From positions 15,066,001-15,130,000 of the forward strand of contig OX597836.1 of assembly GCA_951406725.2 (NCBI GenBank): DNA of 64,000 nucleotides. Direction: 5' to 3'. The position numbers and the translations under genes were made by a program. Shown here one piece after another: positions 38,978 to 52,403 of this stretch (the first letter of the stretch is position 1; the number at the start of each line of letters is the position of its first letter). Source of the DNA: Octopus vulgaris (lineage: Eukaryota). The notes beneath the pieces were generated by a model. That model was not told the DNA's origin. It worked only from the letters and a program-made list of their open reading frames with translations, and did no database searches.

Positions 38978-39060
38978 TTCACCTGAAGAAATGGTTGCTT
39001 TCATGATGTAATCAAATTATTCATCAATAAAAAAAATGCATCTGAAACAGCTGTAGTGAA
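38978..39060 (+). ncRNA. Type I hammerhead ribozyme motif with intact core
   Basis: TTCAC-CTGAAGA-AATG...CATCT-GAAAC-AGCT-GTA-GTGAA: 5-bp stem I, palindromic stem III, GUA triplet. Confidence 0.72.
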
Positions 39061-39139
39061 CCTTTAACCCATTTGTGCTCTTATTTTGTATATATATGTA
39101 TATGTGTGTGTATATGTATATACACACACACATCATCAT

Positions 39140-39185
<46 letters not shown>

Positions 39186-39270
39186 ATCAAAACATGATAA
39201 AAACACAACAACGAGGACGTGGAACAAATATAGTATTATTGAACGCTCAGGAAGGAAGGGAAGAAGGAGG

Positions 39271-39305
39271 GTTTAACGTTTCGAGCAGAGCTCTTCGTTG
39301 GAAAC
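39271..39305 (-). ncRNA. Minimal hammerhead motif with mutated CUGA
   Basis: Reverse complement reads GTTT-CCAACGA-A-GAGC-TCT-GCTC-GAAAC-GTT-AAAC; same family as 16625. Confidence 0.55.
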
Positions 39306-41953
39306 ATAGGAGAAGGAAAGATCCAGAGAAGGGAAGACAGAGGAAAAAAAAATCGCCAAAGGTACACACACGGTCATGTGAGTGTGTATGATAGTCTTCT
39401 TTCAGTTTCCATTTACAAAATCCACTCACAAGGCTTTGTTCGGCCTGAGGCTATAGTAGAAGACACTTGCCTAAGAGAAGAATCCCAAACTAAGAGGTTG
39501 AAAAGCAAACTCCTTAACCTACATCTAAGCCTGGTATTATTGTCCTTTACATGTTTCCCTGTTTAAGGCTGTAGAATGTGATCTGAGGGATACCTAGCTA
39601 TTTATTTCTAGCAGGGTAAGCGATCACACAGAGCCCCAACCACTACCACCACCACCATTCTTTATTAACTCGTCAATACGTTTGGCTGCTGTGAGGAATG
39701 TAAACAAACCATCGTTTAGCACACGGGTTCTCAGATTTCAGATCTTCCCTAAACACTGATCCCACTCACTTTTATCCAGTTATTCTTTCTCCCCAGTCTC
39801 TCAGGGGGGTCAACAAATATTTTTGGCAACTTTTCTTCTTCTCTCCCCCACCCACCCACCCTCCATCACACAGAATAAAGAAAATACGACAGAGAATGGC
39901 TTCTATGTAGTTGCCTGACCAACTGGAAACTAATAGCCAAAATCTCTGCAGCGTTTGGGGATAGCTGTCCTTCAAAATCCCATACCAAATGGTAAAAGAA
40001 AGGCAGTTTTTTTCCCCCCTTTCATTTTCCAGTAGTCTTGTGTTTCATACAATGAAAATTAAGATTCTGAAATTTTTTCCTTCTCCAAAATTTCAATTAT
40101 TCTTTTCTTCTTTTCTTTTTCTTTACTGTTCTCTTTCATTCTTGTACCCATTTCTTTTCCCACGGGATATGAGACTTGGAGGGAGCAGTTGTTCCAAAAC
40201 TCCCTCGAATCATACCCTACTGTTTTTGAAAAGAAAAAAAAAAGTGTGCGTACTGGATAATGTATTTCTAAACACAATGTATCTGAAACAAAAACAAAAA
40301 CAAACAAAATGAACAGTCATGGCTTGAATGCCATTGATAACTGATCCGATCGGTCGATCAGGGACGACCAAGGGCTAAATAACACCAAACATAAATCATT
40401 ATTTATAAACTAAAGAGCCAAATTTTATCTGAAATTATGTGACAACGTTCATGACCTTCCACCCCCGAAATAAAATTAAAAAAACAACATACAAACGTGA
40501 ATGCCATGTTCGTGTGGAGCGGCAACATGTGTAGAAGCGAAAGTACAAGAACCCTTGCTTTATCTATACAAAGGCCACCCAAAATACTCAAGTTACGAAC
40601 CAACAAGGTTGGTGGAGGGGATTCTATGTAAGCGCCCGCCTCCGTTCCAAAAATGTCACACCAGCCAAATCTCTCGAAACAGACATCCCCATTGTCGTCT
40701 TTAAAAAAAATCAAGATTCCACATGCTCAGTGCTGAATCTAAGAATAAACAATGTCTCAGCAATAAAGTCAGGATGGGCATGGATAGAATGCATCTAGTT
40801 CAGTGTTATAACAATTGAAGCAGAATTGATCGACGCCAAAACACACACAAACATACGTGTATGTGTACGTATGTGTATATATGTGAAAAGTGTGTTTGTG
40901 TGTGTGTGTGTGAGTGAGAGAGGGAAAGAGAGAGTGAAAGATAGAGAGAAAGAGAAAGTGGGTGGGTGGGTCTCTTTTTTTATGTTTGTTGGGTAAGGAT
41001 GAACCGCGTGGCTTAACCGAATTAAGGTTGTAAATATCACCATCGCTCATAACGAGGGAGATAATAATGAGGATGCATTCTGGAACAAAGATTTTGGAAT
41101 TTCGATAAATATTGGACCTTCAGTTTTCGACCTCGAACAATGTCCACACACATACACACACACACGCACATACATATACACACCCCCTACATCACATACA
41201 CTCCTATAATCACATACATATACATCTATAACCACACGTAGACACGCTTACATACACACGCGTATACATATACACACAGCAACATCACACATAGACACAC
41301 ACTCACATACACATACAAACACACACACACCTATGTCACACAGACGCACATACAAACGTAAAACATACACCCACACATCTACACACGCAAACACACACAT
41401 ACATACATACGTATGCACGATACGATCCCATATAGAGTTAGTAACAAGAGAACCGACGTAATCAAAAGGCAGCCTTTTTTAATCTTTGATATGAAAGAGA
41501 GAGATAAAACCATGCTTACCCAGGGTCGCCAACAAGTCTTAACTTTATAATGAAACTAACTTATTCACGCACATACATACAACGTGGTTTACAATTTCTT
41601 TCCCTTTCCCTTTCTATCTATCTATCTATCTGTGTGTGTGTGTATCTTTTTCTTTCTATCCATTTACTTGTATCTCTATCTCTCTTTTTTTTTTTCTGTG
41701 TGTGTTTCTATCTGTCTGTCTCTATCCTCTTTCTATCCATTTATCTCTTCCCCCTCTCTCTCTCATTCTGTCACTTTCTCTGTCTATCTATTTATATATT
41801 TATTAATCTAAAATGGATCTTAACGTTATTCCAGTGGAAACGTAATTTCTACAGACAAAGATAAAGATTGTCTCTGTATTTGTGTTCTAAATGCCTCTCC
41901 TATTTCTACAAGAAGAGAGAATTTGTACGTAGAAACAACAACCAGATAGACAA

Positions 41954-42002
<49 letters not shown>

Positions 42003-42011
42003 CGCGCTCGC

Positions 42012-42311
<300 letters not shown>

Positions 42312-43554
42312 CCCATACGTCAAATTGTAATGTTTTAGGAGAAATAAAATAGCTAATAAAGGAGTAGAGCACCAGAGAGGCAATCAGACAGACAGATGGA
42401 TATAGAAATAGAAAGTTAGAGATATACATGCTCGTAGAACCAGATAAACAGAGCGAGGCATCTAGAAATAGGCATAGAATCAAAAAGACAGGCACATGTA
42501 TATATAACAAGCAGAATATGAAGAGACTAGCAGTTTGAGAAGATATATTGTGTATGTTAGGTTGCTGTGACTAGATAGATGTATAATAAATGTTTCAAGG
42601 CAGAGATATTTAATGAAGGGCTCTACCCGAAAATTATATTTTGTTTGGTCATAGAAACCTAACACAACCTCGGTTTGTTGTTGCTGTTATTATTATTATT
42701 ATAATTATATAATATTTTTATTCTTGCTTTCGTACAATAAAAATATTGACACGAAGAGAAGAAAGACAGACCGACAAAAAAAAGACATGAATCAGAATCG
42801 AACGGAATACTTCTCGGGATGAGTCACGGGCACCAAATGAAAAGACATGTTGTTGAGAATATAAGTATTCACAGGCATTTACTGTAACGTGAGAAATGGT
42901 AAATAAATCGAACCTATTCACTACTACTACAACTACTATTGCATTACTTACCAGACACGCCACTTTATATCGACCACCAACCAATATTACCACTAATACT
43001 ACTAATAATACCAAAGCTACTCTACTAACTACATCTGTTATTCCTACACAACTATAAGCAGGGTGGATTGTTTGGGAGATGATGATAATGACGGTGGTAG
43101 TAATAATTATAATAATAATTGAGGCAGCGGATGATGATGATAATGATGATGATGATGATAATAATGATGATGATGATAATAATGATGATGATGATGATGA
43201 TGATGATGATAGTGATAATGATGATCAATAGCTGATGCGTAATAATTATAACGTTAATTAACAGTTGTAGATAATGAGAAATGCAAGCAATCCTCGAGAA
43301 AACAATAGATTGTAGAATTACAAGAATAAGACAGATGCCGGCAATCGATTGGAGTTAAAGAACCAACGCGAAAGAGAAAGAGCAACAAAAAACCAGGTCC
43401 AACGGCGACAGAGGTTAAACATATCGTGAGAGCCAGAGACTTTGCCTTCGAAGAATCATTATAATTAGATACAAAACGATTTATTTTTTTTCAAAAATCG
43501 ACTTGCTTAACAAACAGGCAACAAGAACGATAGAGGGGTTGAATGTGTACGTAC

Positions 43555-43680
43555 CTTAGTTTTCCCCTGCTGGGATTAGAACTGTAAACCTGTGTTTGTT
43601 TACAGTGGAAGAAATGCAATCACAGACCGACCACACAGAAGGAGGAATCTAAATCAAGCACCAACTGTGACACCGGTCAG
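43555..43680 (-). other. Candidate first (non-coding) exon of the minus-strand gene
   Basis: Unique sequence ending in a strong donor AAG|gtacgt at 43555; no obvious acceptor upstream; CpG-retaining flanks. Confidence 0.5.
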
Positions 43681-43692
43681 GGGAAATAACTC
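43680..43692. promoter_or_regulatory. GGGAAATAACTC motif, candidate promoter element
   Basis: Sits at the boundary between unique sequence and repeats just upstream of the candidate first exon. I recall this motif near lophotrochozoan TSSs but have not verified it. Confidence 0.35.
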
Positions 43693-43744
43693 GTTTTTCT
43701 CCACTTCACTGAAGGAGGCACGTAGTCCAATGGTTAGAGTGTTC

Positions 43745-44117
43745 AGCTCGTGATCGGATCGTAATGTCGTGAGTTCAAGTTCTTGGGCCGTGCAGCATAT
43801 TATGTCTTTGGGCAAGGCATTTTATTTGAATTTGTTCGGCTGAGGGGAAAAAAATAAGAGTATACTTAATCAAGTGTGCCCTCACCGAATTTGTTTCCTC
43901 GTAACTTTCAGAAAAACTGAGATTTTTTTTAGCTCATGATCGGATCGTAATGTCGTGAGTTCAAGTTCTTGGACCGTGCAGCATATTATGTCATTGAGCA
44001 AGGCATTTTATTTGAATTTGTTCGGCTGAGGGGGAAAAAAATAAGAGTATACCTACACAAGTGTGCCCTCACCGAATTTGTTTCCTCATAACTTTCAGAA
44101 AAATTGTGATTTTTTTT
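43745..44117. repeat. 186-bp tandem duplication (tRNA-like SINE fragment plus DNA-element end)
   Basis: AGCTCRTGATCGGATCGTAATG at 43745 and 43931. Confidence 0.9.
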
Positions 44118-44610
44118 TTTTTTATGAAATTTACTACAAATGCCTTTCAGATAGCGTAGATTACGATAATGTGGGAATTTAATGGGGAAAAATAAAATTT
44201 CTTAGCGTGCACACATACACACTGACACACATCACGTATATATTTATAAAATGAAATTTGAAGTTTTATAAAAAAAAAAATTGTGATGTGTATCAGCATG
44301 TATGTCTATTCGTCCAAAAGTTTTTTGTTTTTTTTATATCACATTAAATTATGACATAATTGAAATCTACGCCATCTGAAAGATATTTGGAGAAAATTTC
44401 ATTAAAAACTGCCCATTTTTCAAAAAGTTTTGAGGAAACAAAATCATTTCCTGTGAATTATCCAAAATTCCTCTGACTCACCACCTCTAAAAATTTTTCT
44501 CGACAAATTCTGGTATAATCGTAATTTACATAATCATAATCTATATAATCATAGTCTACACTGTCTTACAGGAGTTTGTAGAAAATTTCATTTTTAAATT
44601 TCTTATTTTA

Positions 44611-44990
44611 GGCGTAGGAGTGGCTGTGTGGTAAGTAGCATGCTTACCAACCACATGGTTCCGAGTTCAGTCCCACTGCGTGGCACCTTAGGCAAGTGTC
44701 TTCTACTATAGCTTCGGGCTGACCAAAGCCTTGTGAGTGGATATGGTAGACGGAAACTGAAAGAAGCCCGTCGTATATATGTATATATATGTGTGTGTGT
44801 GTTTGTGCCCCTAACATCGCTTGACAACCGATGCTGGTGTATTTACGTCCCCATAACTTAGCGGTTCAGCAAAAGAGACCAAAAGAATAAGTACAAAGCT
44901 TACAAAGAATAAGTCTTGGGGTCAATTTGCCCGACTAACGGTGGTGCTCCAGCATGACCACAGTCACATGACTGAAACAAGTAAAAGAGT
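44611..44990 (+). mobile_element. SINE family A, full length
   Basis: Matches the consensus. Confidence 0.9.
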
Positions 44991-45100
44991 ATTTCTGTAA
45001 GTTATGAGGAAACAAAGATGGTGAGCAAGGAGCATAAACACATAGTATATGTTACTAAGTCATACTCATTGGCAAGTGATGGCTGCTCTATCTGAAAATA

Positions 45101-45478
45101 GGAGGCACAATGGCCCAGTGGTTAGGGCAGCGGACTCGCGGTCATAGGATCGCGGTTTCGATTCCCAGACCGGGCGTTGTGAGTGTTTATTGAGCGAAAA
45201 CACCTAAAGCTCAACGAGGCTCTGGCAGGGATGGTGGTGATCCCTGCTGTACTCTTTCACCACAACTTTCTCTCACTCTTACTTCCTGTTTCTGTTATAC
45301 CTGTATTTCAAGGGGCCGGCCTTGTCACTCTCTGTGTCATGCTGAATATCCCCGAGAACTACGTTAAGGGTGCACATGTCTGTGGAGTGCTCAGCCACTT
45401 ACACGTTAATTTCACGAGCAGGCTGTTCCGTTGATTCGGATCAACCGGAACCCTCATCGTCGTAACCGACGTGCTTCC
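45101..45478 (+). mobile_element. SINE with family D head and a different 3' half
   Basis: Arg-like tRNA head; 11-bp TSD ATCTGAAAATA. Confidence 0.85.
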
Positions 45479-45884
45479 ATCTGAAAATAATCAATAATCA
45501 AATATTATATCCTTTGCTTTTTGTTTTTAGACTCTAACCATCCACTAAAGGGAGCTTTTGTCCACCAATGACAGGGATAATGACAGTTAATTGAAATTTT
45601 TCCACTCTGTATAGTACATATGTGAGATACTATCGTATATCCCCTTAGTGTTTGAGCAGGCCACATCCAGCCCATAATATTCTGTTTTACATTCAAACTG
45701 GCAGTGCCCCAGCATGGTCGCAGTCTGATGAGTGAAACAAGTAAAAGATATAGGGGTGGGGTGCATCATGTTCTTGGGCAAAGCACTTACTTCACTCCAG
45801 TTGCTCCAGTCCACTCAACTGCCTTGCTCAAAGACATAATATGCTTCACGGTCCAAGAACTTGAACTCACGACATTTCTTGCTG

Positions 45885-46230
45885 GCCTTGGGCCCAAATT
45901 TAAAACCAATAAGAATACAAATAATAAACATTGCAGAAGCATATCCAATAGGAAGATATGCAACTTTAGGATACATGATAATTGCCCCTAGAAATGCAAT
46001 GTCCTTAACAAAGAACAGAATTCCATTAATATATACATTGGTACCACCATAAACATTAAGCAATGATATTTAGCTCACCTTTGTTCATTTACTTTTTCTA
46101 AACGAAATAAGTCTACCTCACTAGCTAACCACATGCATAACCAAAAGAATAATAGCATACCAGAAGTATTACTTAGTCTATTATCAATACTGGAATGCTA
46201 TATTAGGGTAATAATGCTTTTTGCAATATG
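45885..46230 (+). mobile_element. Penelope-like GIY-YIG fragment
   Basis: KICNFRIHDNCP/LEMQC..INIYIGTTINIKQ*YLAHLCSF..KSTSLANHM. Confidence 0.7.
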
Positions 46231-47079
46231 TGTTTGAAAGAGTCCATCATCATCATCATCGTTTAATGTCCACTTTCCATGCAAACATGGGTTGGACGAT
46301 TTTGACTGAGGGCTGACGAACCAGATGGCTGCACCAGGCTCCAATCTATATATATATGCATGCATGTATGTATGTATGTATGTATATATATAAATACATA
46401 CAGCAAAACAATTTAGATTCAAATGAATATGGTACTTAATTTAGATGCACCAGAATTTTTTATGGTAATACCCATAAAAATTATGTGGGGTGATTATAAC
46501 CAAAAAATAAGCAACAAGAATGGATCCGGTAGTTTAGTGTGTGTGAATAAATACATATATTTCTGTAGAGCTTCTCACTATGAAATTTCACTCAGAAGGT
46601 TAGCATGAGGTTATACATAGACAACACCTGTGCCATGTGGCACAAGAAACATGTCGCACGGTGGGACAGAATCTGAAACCATGTGACTGTAAAACAAACT
46701 TCTTAATTTAAACAGCCACACCTGTATTTATACCTGGTTCAAAAAAAATCAATAAGTTTTATTTCTACGCCAGGTATCTCCTTGGATCAGTCAATAATTT
46801 CTGTGTGTATACTGTCTGTTTAGTATATTATATTTTCATAAGGCAGCAAGCTGGTAAAATCATTACATGCCAAACAAAATGCTTGGTGGCATTTAGTCCA
46901 CATTTACATTCTCAGTTTAAATTCCATCAAGGTCAACTTTACCTTTCATCCTTTTGGGGTAAATAAAATAAGTTTTAATTGAACATTGGGGTTGATTTAA
47001 TCAACTTGCCCCCTCCCTAAAATTGCTGGAGTCGTGCCAAAATTTGAAACTAACATATTGTATTTTCAAGGAAATTGAA

Positions 47080-47225
47080 AGTGAGGTTGTTTCTGGCAAC
47101 AGTGGAGTCTGTTCTTCTATACAGGGCTGAAACATGAATGTTCACTAAAGCATTGAAGAAACAGATGGGTGGTTGTTATATGAGGACGCTTAGAATGGCA
47201 CTCAATGTATCCTGGAAGAGTCATA
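47080..47225 (+). mobile_element. RTE LINE fragment
   Basis: ATVESVLLYRAET*MFTKALKKQMGGCYMRTLRMALNVSWKSH. Confidence 0.75.
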
Positions 47226-47248
47226 CAAATCTTTATTTCATTTGAGAA

Positions 47249-47645
47249 GGAAGCAAGCTGGCAGAATCGTGAGCATGCCGAGCAAAATGCTTAGCGGTAT
47301 TTCGTCTGCAGCTACGTTCTGAGTTCAAATTTCGCCAAGGTCAACTTTGCCTTTCATCCTTTTGGGGTCGATAAATTAAGTACCAGTTACGCACTGGGGT
47401 CGATATAATCGACTTAATCCATTTGTCTGTCCTTATTTGTCCTCTCTGTGTTTAGCCCCTTGTGGGTAGTAAAGAAATAGGTATTTCGTCTGTCTTATGT
47501 TCAGAGTTCAAATTCTGCCAAGGTCAGCTTTGCCTGTCATCTTTTTGAGGTCCATAAAATAAGAACCAGTCCAGCACTGGAGTCAATATAATCAACTAGT
47601 CCCCTCCCCCAAAATTCCAGGCCTCATGCCTATAGAAGAAAAGAT
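47249..47645 (+). mobile_element. SINE family C dimer
   Basis: One head and two modules; TSD TATTTCATTTGAGAA on both sides. Confidence 0.85.
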
Positions 47646-48271
47646 TATTTCATTTGAGAAATGCACTAGCACCATGTAATCATATTGTTTCTCAACAATT
47701 TCTATAACATGAGACGTTTTTCCTGTGTCAGAAATAAATCAGTTTTATGCCAAGTACATCTGTATTAAATCAATAATTTTGTATGTGTGCTTTGCATTTG
47801 TTCACTGCTGAACTTACTGACAGCAGTGACTGGTGGGTAAATACTCTTGTCTCCAAAGATACATAAATAATTTTCAACATTATTTGCTGGTGTGAAGTTA
47901 AACAACTGATTTATAAAAATATATATATATATAAGCTAGATGCATACCTGTATGGTTAAGGAACTTGTTTTTTAGCCCTATGGTTAGGGAAGTGCCTTTT
48001 GCTATAGGCCTGGACCAATGAAAGTTAGACAACTAACTTATAAAATATAATATATGTAAGTTAGATGCAGGTATGGCATGTGGTTCTGGGTTCAGTCCCA
48101 TGCTGTAGAGCTGAACCCAAATAAAGTACCTACTCTATCCCTGGGCCAACCAATGTTACACTAGGATTTGATATATAAAATTTATAAGATGTAAATCTTG
48201 GAAATCAAAGCCTAGTGAGTGGATGTGGTAGACAGAAACTGAAAAAAGGCAATTGTGTGTGTGTGTATGTA

Positions 48272-48304
<33 letters not shown>

Positions 48305-48528
48305 TACTCTTTACTCTCTTTACTATTTTACTTGTTTCAGTCATTTGACTGTGGCCATGCTGGAGCACTGCCTTTAGTTGAACAAATCAACCCCTGGACT
48401 TATTCTTTGTAAGCCAGGTACTTATTCTATCAGCCTCTTTTGCTGAACCGCTAAGTTACGGGGACGTAAACACATCAGCATTGGTTGTCAAGCGATGTTG
48501 GGGGGACAAACACAGAGACACAAACATA

Positions 48529-48599
<71 letters not shown>

Positions 48600-48757
48600 G
48601 ACGGGTTTCTTTCAGTTTCCGTCTACCAAATCCACTCACAAGGCTTTTGCCGGCCCGAGGCTATAGTAGAAGACGCTTGCCCAAGGTGCCACGCAGTGGG
48701 ACTGAACCCGGAACCATGTGGTTGGTAAGCAAGCTACTTACCACACAGTCACTCCTA
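48305..48757 (-). mobile_element. SINE family A, full length
   Basis: Reverse complement of the consensus. Confidence 0.9.
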
Positions 48758-48842
48758 ATATATATATATATATAGTAGAATAAGAAATAGAAAAGCCTTG
48801 GTAATCCTTGGTACAGTATTGTGTATTTACAAAAATAAATAG

Positions 48843-48952
48843 AAATGGCTTTTCTGATAATTTTTCCACTTTAATAATTAGATGTTTATTAGTTTACAAA
48901 AACTTATAAACATCCAATTATTAAAGAGGAAAAATTATCAGAAAAGCCATTT
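48843..48952. repeat. Near-perfect palindrome (about 53-bp arms)
   Basis: AAATGGCTTTTCTGATAATTTTTCCACTTTAATAATT... / ...AATTATTAAAGAGGAAAAATTATCAGAAAAGCCATTT. Confidence 0.9.
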
Positions 48953-49067
48953 TAATTCATTTTTTCAAATGTATGTGTGTATGTGTGTGTGTGTAGCCAG
49001 TCAATTCAAGGATATCGTCATTAAGGATTAATAAATCCAAAATTTCACTGGTTTAATCTCCATCACA

Positions 49068-49786
49068 TTAATCCTTTTGTTACTGTATATATTTTGAGAT
49101 GCTCTGTGTTTCTTTCAATTACTTTAGATATAACAAAGAATTTAGTAAAATAACTTAGTTATCATTAAGCTAGTGTTAGGAACATAAATTGTGACTAAGG
49201 TTTAGTGGAAGATTTTAATTCCAAACTTATGAAAACAAGACATTTGTACTCAGAGCCAGGGGTGGTTTCAGCCGGGTTGGTATTGAAAGGGTTAAAAATA
49301 TCATGATGACTTTAACCCTTTTGTTACCTTATTTCTATTGAGATACTCTGTGTTTCTTTCAATTAATTTTAAATATAACAAAGAATTTAGTAAAATAACT
49401 TAGTTATCATTCAGCTAGTGTTAGGAACATAAATTGTGACTAAGGTTTAGTGGAAGATTTTAATTCCAAACTTATGAAAACAAGACATTTGTACTCAGAG
49501 CCAGGGGTGGTTTCAGCTGGGTTGCTATCAAAAGGGCTAAAAAATATCATGGTGACTTTAACCCTTAGGTTACCTTATTTCTATTGAGATGCTCTGTGTT
49601 TCTTTCAATTAATTTTAAATATAACAAAGAATTTAGTAAAATAACTTAGTTATCATTAAGCTAGTGTTAGGAACATAAATTATGACTAAGGTTTAGTGGA
49701 AGATTTTAATTAAAAACTTATGAAAACAAGACATTTGTACTCAGAGCCAGAGCCGGTTTCAGCCGGGTTGGTAACGAAAGGGTTAA
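49068..49786. mobile_element. piggyBac-type MITE trimer
   Basis: Three TTAA-bounded units joined by AAATATCATGRTGACT linkers. Confidence 0.9.
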
Positions 49787-50244
49787 AAGAAAATTTCTAT
49801 GTTGCAGTGTCTGCTTTAGAAAGAAAGACTAAACAGGCAAACAACTGGTGTCAGTTTAGAGCATGGAATTTATATATCTAAACATAGTTGTAAAGCTGTT
49901 ATAGTAGTATTGTTAGAACACAATAGAGTGTATCATAGAAATAAAGTAGGAGTAAGAAGGTGTGTTAATAGTCTTTTACAGCTGTTACCTGAATATATGT
50001 AACCATAGTGCTTATGGGGAAGATAAGCATTCCTATATATTAGCTAGCAATTGAAATGCTTAAATGTTTATCTTTGTTTCCTGAAAAATGAACCCATATA
50101 CACTATATGTACAACTATTCTGGAAACAGATGTAAGGAACTAACTGCATGCCTTTTTGTTCCCTTAGTTCTACCATGCACTCCAATTTGTTATAACAACT
50201 CTATTGTAAACAGATCTATAACTATGTTTAGACATGTAAATTCA

Positions 50245-50580
50245 ATGGTGATTGTGATGATGATGATGATGATGATGATGATGACGACGACGATGACGAT
50301 GATGATGATGATAATGACAATGATGATGATGATGATGATGATGACAATGATGATGTGATGATAATGACGCTGATAATAATGAGAAATTAGGGTGATGAGG
50401 ATGACGATAATGATGATGATGATGATGACAATGATGTCGACAATGATGATGGTGATGATGACAACGACAACAACAACAATAATTAAAACGACAACAAGGA
50501 TGATGATGATGATGGTGGTGGTGGTGGTTGATGATGGTAAAGCTAATAACGATGATTATGACGATGATTATAATGATGAT
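50245..50580. repeat. (GAT)n/(GAC)n low-complexity tract
   Basis: Triplet repeats give spurious poly-M/poly-H ORFs. Confidence 0.95.
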
Positions 50581-51379
50581 GTTTTTCAGAGCAGGTGGCC
50601 AGTAATAATTAAAAAAATGGCAATAGGGGCAATATGGGACAAAGCAGGAAGCATATAAGTTACCATGTTTAATTAACATTAAGGTAGTTTGAACATAATA
50701 ATTAATCTTCTCTAACACTATGGCATTGGAAAGAGAAGAATTCTATGAATGTAGACCCATTTATCTTTGCATTAATAAAGAAGGTGTGTTGTGGGGAGGA
50801 CAAAAACATTTCACAAATTTGTAGGAGTTTGTGTATGGTGGGGGAGGTGTCTGGTAGTTGTCACTTTGAGAATTGTCGGTTTATTGTTTTACCGACTCCT
50901 GCTTTATTATCTGTTGTCTGTGTGTGTGTGTCTGTGTGTGTGTGTGAGTGACTTACATTTCATTTAATTACCCCCTTGTCAAATAAATATTTATCTAATT
51001 ACAGCAGGAGACAATATGTATATATATATGTGGGCGTGTGCATGTATGTATATATGTATGTATGTGTCTGTCTGTGTGTATACACACACACACACACACA
51101 CATACATATATCATCATCATCATCATTATGATCATCATCATCATTACCATCTGTTTTCCATACAGGCATGGGTTGGTTACAGTTTGACAGAAGCTGACCA
51201 GCTGAAGAGCTGCCCAGGGCTACATGTCTGTTTTGGCATGGTTTCTATGGCTGAATGCCCTTCCTAATGCCAACCACTTTACAGAGTGTACTAGGTACTT
51301 TTACATGGCACCAGTATGGTCCCAGCACCCATGAGCTTGCAAGATTAGGTTCAGTCAGCTGAAAAGGGATGCAGGGGAC

Positions 51380-52325
51380 ATACTCGTATGCAAAGACAGC
51401 CACAATTTCACTTAGCTTGACACGCCTTCTCAAACACAGCAAACTGCCAGGAGCCTCAGTCCCCTGTCATCCCCTCTGTGAGACTCAACTTCTGAAGATC
51501 CTTTCCCACCACTTTTTCTTCATTTGCTGAAAAATGAACCGATATACACTATATGTACAACTATTCTGGAAACAGATGTAAGGAACTATCTGCATGCCTT
51601 CTTATTTCTTTATTGCCCACAAGGGGCTGAACATAGAGGACAGACAACGAGGATGATGATGATGGTGGTGGTGGTGGTTGTGATGGTGATGGTGGTTGTT
51701 TCTGGGTCCACCCCTTCCACATGTTCCCTACACGATTAGAAATTTGTATCTCTTGATGCAGCTGTCTTCATTCATATGCATTACATGGCCATACCAGTGC
51801 AGTCTTCTCTCTTGCATACTACCTTCTATACCCAGTTTTTCTCTCAAGTCACTACACTCTGTCATATATACACACTGACATTATCCATCCAGTGAATCAT
51901 ACAGGCTTCATTTCTTCCAAACTTTTGCATATCCTCAGTAATGACAGCCCATGTCTCACTGCCATGTAGCATAGCTGTTTGTACACATGCATCATACAAT
52001 CTGCCTTTCGCTCTGACGGAGAGGCCCTTCATTTCTAAGAGAGGTAGTAATGCTCTGAACTTTGCCCTGCCTCTTCTTATTCCATGCTTTCGGAACAACT
52101 CCCCCCCACCCACTAATAACATGGTCATCTAAGTAACAGAAACTGTCTATTACTTCTAAGGATACCCCATGACATTTGAGGGAGTCTTTTTTTGTACATT
52201 CTTCATGTTTAATGTAACTGCACGTCTACCACATGTAAAGACTACTTTCCTTGTTAGTCTCCCAGTGATGTTGCCACACCTCTTATGAGTCCACAGCTTG
52301 CACTTGGTACACCGTATGGAAATTC
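51380..52325 (-). mobile_element. RTE (BovB-like) LINE 3' portion, fragmented
   Basis: DSFCYL..AKFRALLPLL..AKGRLYDACVQTAMLHGSETWAV..RRLHWYGHV. Confidence 0.85.
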
Positions 52326-52403
52326 TTTTTGGTGGGCCAGCGAGCTGGCAGAATCGTTAGCACGGCTGGCAAAATCTTAAACGTAATTTCGTCCATTTTT
52401 TGT

